Shown here piece by piece: positions 1-10,481 of a DNA stretch of 64,000 nt. The DNA is from Octopus sinensis (lineage: Eukaryota): contig NC_043012.1 in the NCBI RefSeq assembly GCF_006345805.1, forward strand, positions 14,694,001 through 14,758,000. Direction: 5' to 3'. Made by a program: the position numbers and the translations under genes. The notes beneath the pieces are model-generated. The model was not told the DNA's origin. It worked only from the letters and a program-made list of their open reading frames with translations, and did no database searches. The first letter of the stretch is position 1. Every line of letters begins with the position of its first letter.

Positions 1-97
1 TTTACATTTGACGGATATGTGTGTTCTTGTTTGTTAACCCAACATTTCAGCCGTCATCAGGTGTCTGGGTTCTCATTCCTAAGGTATTTTTCAATTG

Positions 98-183
<86 letters not shown>

Positions 184-235
184 ACATCGAAAAATACCTT
201 AGGAATGAGAACCCAGGTTCGAAATTTCCCCAAGA

Positions 236-240
<5 letters not shown>
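1..240. mobile_element. Penelope-like terminal-repeat remnant in fold-back arrangement around an (ATT)n tract
   Basis: Perfect 28-bp inverted repeat 65-92 / 189-216; both arms match the ribozyme-bearing element at about 9285-9420. Confidence 0.6.
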
Positions 241-297
<57 letters not shown>

Positions 298-1273
298 TGT
301 GCATATGTGTGAGAAAGAGAAAGAGAGTGAAAAAGAGAGATAGAGTGAGTGAGTGAAGGTGTGTGTCATGATGATTGATGTCTTTTAAGGTACACACATA
401 TATAGAAAACGTGACGTCATCGTATAACTTGTTTACAATAGTTGATTTATGGGAAAGATTATAATGTTAAATTTTTGAAATGCAAACATGTGAATGGAAA
501 TTAAGTTTAATTCGTAGCCAAAATAGTCCTGAATATTTTGATACCCCATACGTCAAAATCTGGAACTCGGTTTTGGAATGCATAAGGAATATACATATAT
601 AGGACAGGCGTCTTTCAAACTGAAAGTATTATCTCACATTGCAATAGAGACGTAATACTGACATAGTGTAAGAGATAAGAGATTGCTCTGGGCTCGCATT
701 AGGCAAGAAGTTGGAAATTTTTTTTGGCCCATGACACTGCATGGACCTTGCCTTTTGTATTTGACAACTATTACTTTAAGTATTTTATTTCGATTTTATG
801 TATATATGTATGTATGAGCCAATGAGGGAAACCTCTACATGGTAGCTAGACCTGGTAGAAATAGTGGCCAAGTCTCCCTCAAAACACCCTACTATCTTAA
901 TCTGACAACTCTGCCTATTATGTAGTTTGAATGAGAAACTGTAACTAAAGATTAAGATTATTAACCCCAAAATTTTACACGTTTTAATAGCAATCAATTT
1001 TTTTCTCTTTTTTGCATAGCTTTTCCTGTCAGCTATAAAAGTGAAGAGGGTTAACTTGGACAGTGTTAAGTAGCGGAGATGTTTGGTGATTCTATGTGGT
1101 GGTTACTTTTGACTGTTTCTTCTCAATATGGATAATTAATTGATAACAAATCTTAACACAATATATATACAACTTCAAGTGGAATTGGACATCATAAGAG
1201 AGACAGCATAGCGACGGTTTTGGCTGACTGTCATCCTGTACTCCCCTTGTTGCTAATGAAATGGTATATGCCG

Positions 1274-1287
1274 GTTGTCTGAGCAAC
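1274..1287. promoter_or_regulatory. X-box-like palindrome GTTGTCTGAGCAAC in a CpG-bearing patch
   Basis: Fits GTHNYY-N2-RRNAAC; YY1-like TAATGGCGG about 10 bp downstream. Confidence 0.35.
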
Positions 1288-1599
1288 TGGTTGATTTTAA
1301 TGGCGGAACAAACAGGATAAAAAGATTACAAAAATAGCAATTCTCACCTTGAAATTAACTATTTTGAAAATCTTTTTAGGTTACGGAATGCCCCACTCTG
1401 TCATGTATCTATGTTTAAAATTCCAACACGATTGGCTTAACAATACTCGAGTTATAAGTGCACAAACAGACAGACAGATAGAATAGATTTTATATATTAA
1501 GATAAAGAAAGTAGTAGATCTGCTAACGTTTTTGATAGCAACCCACTTGAGATTGCACCTAGTTATATAATAGAAACATTTTGTTTTAAAGTGATTGAC

Positions 1600-1740
1600 A
1601 AGAGGGTGGGGCTGAAAAGTTCCTGGCTTTGGGTAAAAGAAAATACAGGTGGATTAGTTAATTACGATTTTAATTAGCATATTCCCTCTCAGATTCAAAT
1701 ACTTATTGCAGTGGTTCTTCAGTTTTTCAGTTCCCATAAA
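1600..1740 (+). mobile_element. Mariner-type TIR fragment
   Basis: GAGGGTGGGGCTGAAAAGTTCC resembles mariner terminal sequence; no partner TIR found. Confidence 0.35.
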
Positions 1741-1882
1741 TTAAAACCTTCTATCTAAATTTCATGTTACTTTGTGTTTCAAACACCACCTTTAATAATG
1801 GCAAAGTTACTTTGATATATTTTTCATTATTTTTCAAATTAACTCGCATAAAAGCAGCATATTTCAACAGAAATATAATAAA

Positions 1883-2268
1883 GGCGGCAAGTTGGCAGAA
1901 ACGTTAGCACACTGGGCGAAATGCTTTCGTCTGCTGCTATGTTCTGAGTTCAAATTCCGCCGAGGTCGACTTTGCCTTTCATCCTTTCAGGGTCTATTAA
2001 ATAAGTACCAGTTACGCACTGGAGTTGATGTAATCGATTTAATCCGTTTGTCTGTCCGTGTTTGTCCCCTCTGTGTTTAGCCCCTTGTGGATAGTAAAGA
2101 AATAAGTATTTCGTCAGCTGCTACGTTCTGAGTTCAAATTCTGCCGAGGTCGACTTTGCCTTTCATCCTATCAGGGTCTATTGAATAAGCACCAGTTACG
2201 CACTGAGGTCGATGTAATTGACTTAATCCCTTCGTCTGTCCTTGTTTGTCCCCTCTATGTTTAGCCCC
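1883..2268 (+). mobile_element. SINE family A (tRNA head + Nin/Deu-like core), dimer
   Basis: GGCGGC..GCTGGCAGAAACGTTAG head, GGTCGACTTTGCCTTTCATCC core, second headless unit from about 2106. Confidence 0.85.
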
Positions 2269-2515
2269 ACCATTACTGCAGGACAAATATTCTCTTTTTC
2301 TCAATGGCTAATAACATTTTAATTATTTCAGTAAGTATGGGAGACAACTATAGACATTTTTCGGTCTTATAGACCTTGTTAGCAATACAAAGATTTCACC
2401 ATACTTGCTAGTTAAACATCTATGCTCTCTTATCTAAAGCACTATTTGTTATGTAAGCAATGGATTTGTTGAAAAAAATGAAATCCTGTATTCTTACTTC
2501 AGTAGAAATACTTAC

Positions 2516-2669
2516 CTGGAGTGAAGGGTTTGGTACAAGTCAAACCCAGGGAGGAAATTAGACGCTCTGAAAAGACAAACACAGGACGACTGAGGGACAT
2601 TTGCTTGTTGCCTGTATCTATTTTCTGCTGAGAGAAGCTGAATGTACCAAGCCCGCTGATATGTACACC
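2516..2669 (-). CDS. CCDC81: CCDC81 coding exon 3
   Basis: Pyrimidine tract + taag acceptor; [51 protein letters not shown]; CAG|GTAAGT donor. Confidence 0.92.
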
Positions 2670-4349
2670 CTTAATAAATAAGAAGAGAATAACAGATGAA
2701 ACAGACTTAGATAAAAAGAAAAATAGCAGATGAGGCAAACTTAGGTTGAATATTTTCAAATAACTGACCGTTTGAAATATGTTAGGATTTGAACTCAGAA
2801 CAAAGGGATATGAAAAATTTGATATGACAAACAGCAGCCAATATACTCTGTAGGGTGGATGGCATTAGGAAGAACATCCAGTTATAGACATGATTCCAAA
2901 GCAGACATTGGAGCTTGGTATAGTCCCCTGGTCCTTTGACTTGCCAGCTCCTGCCAAAGTAGCCAACCTATGCCAGCATGGAAAAATGGATGGTCAATGT
3001 TTTTGATGAGAGTGGTGGTGGTGGTGGTGGTGGTGGTGGTGGTGAAGATGACTCTGCTCAAAAATGTCTTCCATTCTTCCACCTTCATTACATTGATTAA
3101 TAAAAGAAAGACTTCATTTCCAACAAAGTATACTCGTGTATCTCTCCCTCTCTCTGAATGAATGTAAATTAATGTAATGGGAATCAAATTTGATCGTTGA
3201 TAATATTCCGTTAAGTGACGGGGGCGTAAACACAGCAGCACCGGTTGTCAAACAATGTTGGGGGACAAACACATACACGCAAACATATACACACATACAC
3301 ATATATAAGACGGGCTTCTTTCAGTTTCTGCCTATCAAATCCACTCACAAGGCTTTGGTTGGCCCGAAGCTGTAGTAGAAGACACTTGCCCAAGCTGCCA
3401 TGCAGTGGGACTGAACAAAAGAGAATGACTCTCCCCAGACACAACAGAAATGCTTCAACACATGAACTCAAATAAAGAATCTTGCAAAGCAAATCCAAAA
3501 ACGAAATATATATATACAATGGGCTTCTTTCAGTTTCCGTCTACCAAATCCACTCACAAGGCTTCGGTCAGCCCAAGGCTATAGCGGAAGACACTTGCCC
3601 AAGCTGCCAGGCAGTGGGACATATAAAATTTAATCATTACTAATTGTGAATGCAGGTGCTAAAAGCACAGTTATTGCTTGCAAAAAAGTTTGCATATCAA
3701 CTACCAGAAGTATTTGATTCTTGCTCTATAAATAGACATTTAATGAAATATGTAAAAAAATTATGATAATCTGAAGAATTGTCTTTGGCAAAAAGTGTCT
3801 GAGGCAGGAGTGGGTCTCTGCTTCTCACAGCATAAGGAGAGATATTTTTTTAAAATCTGTTGGGTAAAACCACTTTCTGCAGCGGTTAATGGTAATAAAA
3901 TTTTGAGTGGATATATCCGTTTTCGGCAGTCAATGGGTTAAGAAGAAATATTAATGAAATATGAAATGTGTCTAGTTTGCTATTTAATCCACATCAGAAA
4001 TATCGGAGAGATGGTTTCGGGTCAGATAAATCATATAAAAACCAGAAAGAGGGAAATGAAATAAAATAAATAACCAAAATAATACAATTACTTACTTTGT
4101 GAAGAGACATTTGTTTCTCAATGAAATCTGATACACATTCCCAAATCAAATGGACATCTGAAAAATAGATTTTTTTTTTCTTCTTGTTATATTTGTATGT
4201 ACACATATTGCACACATATATATATATATGGGGGTATATGTGTATGAGTGAGTGTGTGTGGGATGCTTTAAGAGACTGGCTTGCAGCAAGCGATGCTATT
4301 CTCATCACCTTGTTTGTCATCATCAGCAGTATCATCATCATCATCATCA

Positions 4350-4389
<40 letters not shown>

Positions 4390-4589
4390 GCTGGCAGAAT
4401 TGTTAGCACACTGGACAAAATGCTTAGCAGTATTTTGCCCATCTTTACATTCTGAGTTTAAATTCCACCAAGATCGACCTTGCCTTTTCCTCCTTTCAGG
4501 GTCAATGAAATAAGTACCAGTTATGCACTGGGGTCCATTTCAGAAACTTCCCCCAAAGTTTTAGGCCTTGTGCCTATAGTAGAAAGGAA

Positions 4590-4637
<48 letters not shown>

Positions 4638-6608
4638 GATGGAAAGCTGGCAGACTTTGCCTTTCATTCTTTCGGGGTTCATGAAATAAGTACCAGTTGA
4701 TTACTGGGGTCAATATAATCGACTTGCTCCCTCCCCAAAAAATGCTGGCCTTGAGCCAAAATTTGAAATCATTATTATTGTTGTTGTTGTTGTTGTTATT
4801 ATTATTATTATTCTTATATAAAGGCAGTGAGCTGGCAGAATCGTTAGCATGCTGGATGAAATGCTTAGTAGTATTTCATCCGTCTTCACGTTCTGAGTTC
4901 AAATTCTGTTGAGGTCAGCTTTGCCTTTCATCCTTTCAGGATCGATAAATTAAGTGCCAGTGATACACTGGGGTTGATGTAATCAACTAGCCCCCTCCCC
5001 CCAACTTTCAGACCTTGTGCCTATAGTAGAAAGTATTATTATTATTATTATTATTATTGAGTGAGAGAGCAGTGCATGCCATCAAAGAGACACTGGGGTA
5101 AAATATATGAAGCCCAGTATACCCATCATGACTAGCCGTCTGATAAGGGTACACCAGGCACATGCATCACAACCAGATGTGCATGACATGGTCAAGTGGT
5201 TCACTCATAATTGTAAAACTGATTTCAATTCCTGGACTGGGTGGTGCCTTCTGTTCTTGAGAAAAACACATCATTTCACATTGCTTCAGTCCATTCAACT
5301 GTAAATATGTAACCCTGCCATGGATTGGAGGGGGAATGTTGTGATCTCAGTTAATTATATGCTGTGGAAACTGGATAACGTGAATTCTAGGGCTCAAATA
5401 AGTAATGTCCAGGAACGATTCCTGGAAAGCCTTTGACAGGATCCCACACTCCCTTATATGGTGGTCAATGCAGAAGCTAGGGGTAGATGAGTGCTTAGAG
5501 AGAGCTGTACAAGCCATGTACAGGGATGCTGCTAATAAGGTGAAGGTTGGCAATGAGTATTAAAATGAATTCAGTATTATGAGTATTAAAATGAATTCAC
5601 CAAGGTTCAGTTCTCAGCCACCTCTTGTTTATCTTAATCCTCCAGGAATTAACAGAGGAATTCAAAACGTGGCTATCCCTGGTCTTCTATGCTGATGATC
5701 TTGTTCTTATAGCTGAATAACTACCTGACCTAGAGAAAAAATTTCAGGTGTGGAAGCAAAGCCTGGAATCTAAGGGCCTTAGAGTTAATTTAGCAAAAGC
5801 CAAAGTCCTAATAAGTAGGAAAACAGACAAATCACAAATCCCTTCTGGGAGATGGCTCTGCTTGATATGTAAGAAGGATATTGGTAGAAATTCCACATGC
5901 TGTACCCACTACAAGCTTTGGACATATAAGAAGTGCAGCAGCAGTATCACAGAAAGATTAATGGAGAATAGAGTCTTTGTGTGTGGCAAAGTTCAAATAC
6001 AATAAGCACTAAAAATGTGCAGACAATAGACTCCCTCAAATAATCAGTGGGGTCAGTAGAAGTAGTAGATAGCTTCTGTTACCTAGGAGACCAAGTTAGC
6101 TGTGGAGGAGGAAGTTCTGAAAATGTAGTTGCCAGGATAAGAACAGGCTAGCAAATTTCAAGAGCTCCTACCTTTGTTTGTAACTAAGGGCCTCTCTCTC
6201 AGAGTGAAAGGCAGATTGTATGATGCCTGTGTACGTACAGCTATGACAGTGAAACATGGGCTTTGACTACAGAAGACTTGCAAAGGATTGGAAAAAAAAA
6301 ATGAAGCTAGCAGAGTCCATTGGATGGATAATATCAATATGCATCACAACAGAATGTAAATGATTTAAGAGGAAAACTGAGTATAGAAGTATCAGATGTT
6401 GTGTTCAAGAAAGAAGACTGTGCTGGTTTGGTCATGTGGTGCATGAAAAGCACCCAGCACACTCTGTCAAGTGGTTGGCATTATGAAGGGTATCCAGCCA
6501 TAGAAACCATACCACATCAGACAATTAGAGAGTTACTGAACAGCTCCCCAGCTGGCTAGTTCCATATCAAATCATCCAACCCATGCCAGCTTAGAAAACA
6601 GACGTTAA

Positions 6609-6639
<31 letters not shown>

Positions 6640-9600
6640 TGAGGGGGAAGGGAGGGGAGAGGAGGGGGAGGAGGAGGAGGAATAATGCCACTACATATTT
6701 TAAATCAGCCACGGCTTCCCATGACATAAGACTAATAGCTGAGAAGATTCTGCGACATTCCATCAAAACAATTGTCCTCACAAGATGCATCAAAGGAAAT
6801 CATGCAATTACAGCAGAATTGCATTGATACTAACAGATATGCCTTTTGAGATGGAATACTTTGGTTTCCAGCACAACAAAGCTTCTACCAGTAAAGATTA
6901 TTTGCCAACATGAATTGGCAGTCCTGATTAGGACGACTGTTACTGTTACTGAATCAGGGTTTAGAAATGTTAATTTTTCTATTTATGAGATCAGGGGTTG
7001 TGTGCCACTTTGAAAAGTGTATATTTCGCACAAGAATCTAGCATCTCCATCTCTAACCAAGCAGTTATTGTGTGTTGATGAAGGGGAAATAACCCAAAAA
7101 CCACTGGTACACAGATATTGCTTTGAGCTGAGTGGGGACACTAAGCTCCCTTGTTTGAAAATATAAGGATGCAGATAGGGCATCAATAGCCAGCTGGAGA
7201 CGATGTTTCCTAGGGTTAAATAACAGTAACATTCGTCCTAATCAAGACTGCCACATTATGTTGGCAAATAATCTTTACTCTAAAGCTTTTGCCATTAGCA
7301 ATAAATTCCAAGAGCAAAACAAACATTAACATCCACAGAACTACAATTTGTGGTATCCTACTTTGCCCATGGCTATTTTTATGTAGGTATGAGAGGCATT
7401 TTGGGTATAATTGCATCCAGTAAATGTAAAATGAACACCTGATCATAGACACCTAAAACTATACGAACACATGCACGTTTTTTTTATTATTTTTTTTTTG
7501 TTACTTTTTTCAGTCATTGGACTGCAGCCATGTTGGGGCAATGCCTTAAAGAATTTAGTCAAAGAAATCGATACCAGTAATTATTTTTAAAGCCTGACAC
7601 ATTCTGTCAGTCTCTTTTGCCGATCCCCTTTTAAACAAACCAACACCAGTTGTCAAGCAACGGTGGGGGGGGGGCAAACTCACACACACACATACATACA
7701 TACATACATACATACATACATACATACATACATACATACATACACACACACACATACATACATACATACATACATACATACATACACACACATACATACA
7801 TACATACATACATACATACATACATACATACATACATACACACACATACATACATACATACATACATACATACATACATACACACACATACATACATACA
7901 TACATACATACATACATACATACATACATACATACATACATACATACATACATACACACACATACATACATACATACATATAGGGACAACCACTTTTTAG
8001 ACACCAACAGCATTTCTTAAAAAGCAGCAGCAGGTGTGTACACAGCTGCAAGGACAACTTAAGACTTGTCACTGTGACCCCTTAGGCTACACCTTTCATG
8101 TGTCCCCACAAGCATAGAAAGTACAGAAGTGGTTTTTCTTTTTCATTTTTTTTTTTGTTTTTTGTTTTTTGCAGACACATTTGCCACAATCTCCACAACT
8201 AAAACAATATTTATTTTTTAAAAATAAAAACAAAACCTGTTGTCTATGGCTGTAAGTTCTTGTTCATGAAACTTGGTTAGAGAAATGATGTACAGGTGTG
8301 AGGTAGGTACCTATTTCTTTACTACCCACAAGGGGCTAAACACAGAGAGGACAAACAAGGAGAGACAAACGGATTAAGTCGATTATATCGACCCCAGTGC
8401 ATAACTGGTACTTATTTAATCGGCCCCGAAAGGATGAAAGGCAATGTCGACCTCAGTGGAATTTGAACTCAGAACGTAGTGGCAGACGAAGTACAGCGAA
8501 GCATTTCGCCCAGCGTGCTAACGTTTCTGCCAGCTCACCTGGTAGGTACCTGTTTGCTTATATGTAAAGTCAGACCTGTATGACTCGTTGATTTGAAGAG
8601 AGTTGAATGGATTAGCATTTCATTTGGCACCATTCACGAATTCAGTGGTGCTGAGTGGAACTAGTATTTGATTTAAGTCCATTATGACAGTCTTAAGATG
8701 AAATACTAATCAGTTGATCGAATAACCAGAGCCTCCCAACAAAGAGATGGGTGGCTGTTGGGAGAAGAGTGCACAGTAAAACCATCAAAGGGCCCCAGAA
8801 TGGTGTGCATTCTCACCTGATGACCTCTAAAACCCATTGATATCAGCTATGTGGAGCTTTCATTTGCCAATAGCAATTGCACAATCAACCTACTTGCAAG
8901 TCTCTAATGAACAAAGAGTGTTCAGAACTCTATTCACTCTAAGACCAAATATATTTCTTTACTGCCCACAAGGGGCTAAACATAGAGGGGACAAACAAGG
9001 ACAGACAAACGGATTAAGTCGATTACATTGACCCCAGTGCGAAACTGGTATTTTATTTATCGACCCCGAAAGGATGAAAGGCAAAGTCGACCTCGGCGGA
9101 ATTTGAACTCAGAACGTAACGGTAGACGAAATACTGCTAAGCATTTCTGCCAGCTCTAAGAGCAAATAGCTTCCTTCCTAGAGTTCCAATTTTGGTTGGA
9201 ACAACAAGAAACTTAATAATCCTCGGGTTTTACATCAGAATAACCTTCTAGACAAAGGTTCTGAGAAGAACTTTCGGTCATTCGTCTTAGGAATAAGAAC
9301 CCTGGTTCAAAATTTCTCCAAGACACCTGATGAAGGCTGGAGGATATGTCAGCTGAAACGTTGTGTTAACAACAAACAAGATGAGGACAAATATCTGTCA
9401 AATGTAAATAATGTAAATGATGAGCACAATTCCTCATCTCTTAAATATAGACATGGTACACTTCATAGGATTTTGAAAAAAAAAAAAAAAAAGAAAAATT
9501 CAAGTCATTAATGCCTATTTGTTTGATTCTAAGAATGGAATGGTAGTTCTTGCATATAAGTAGAGTTTCAAAGTATACTCATTTATCACAGGGAATATTT

Positions 9601-9813
9601 CTATCTCCCTATGCACTACAGCTCAATAATCATTGACCCTGATATACTGGGTACATCAATCCTTACGACAGGTTACGTATGTAATGCCAAGTCATTCTGA
9701 GTGCTGCCGGCAATGTGTAATTCAATACAACCAATTGCATATTTGTTTTGCTGGTGACAACATGAGTTGCTAAAACCCAGCAGGTCATATGTATGTATGT
9801 ATGTATGTATGTG

Positions 9814-9845
<32 letters not shown>

Positions 9846-9865
9846 TGTATGTATGTATGTATGTG

Positions 9866-9897
<32 letters not shown>

Positions 9898-10435
9898 TGT
9901 ATGTATGTATGTGTATGTATGTATGTGTGTATGTATGTATGTATGTATGTATGTGTATTTATGTATGTATGTATGTATGTATGTATGTATGTATGTGCAG
10001 GTGTGTATGTGTGTATGTATGTATGTATGTATGTATGTATGTATGTATGTGTATGTATGTATGTGTGTATGTATGTATGTATGTATGTATGTGTTTGTAT
10101 GTATGTATGTATGTATGTATGTATGTATGTATGTATGTATGTATGTATGTATGTATGTGTGTGTGTATGTATGTGTATATGTATGTATGTATGTATGTAT
10201 GTACGTATGTGTGTGTATGTATGTATGTATGTATGTATGTATGTGTGTATGTATGTATGTATGTATGTATGTATGTGTGTATGTATGTATGTGTATGTAT
10301 GTGTGTATGTATGTATGTATGTATGTATGTATGTATGTATGTATGTATTGTATGTATGTATGTATGTATGTATGTATGTATGTATGTATGTATGTATGTA
10401 TGTATCTATCTATCTATCTATCTATCTATATGTAT

Positions 10436-10481
<46 letters not shown>

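Noticed and set aside
1348-1460. Possible next CCDC81 exon ending VNFK|G at a GTGAGA donor
   Set aside because: In-frame TAA 11 codons upstream, no suitable acceptor, and the expected IPxxPLNF segment is absent; the next exon probably lies left of the window.
2508-2519. ATACTTACCTGG, identical to the 5' end of U1 snRNA
   Set aside because: The downstream sequence does not continue as U1; it is the reverse complement of the CCDC81 exon 3 donor CCAG|GTAAGTAT.
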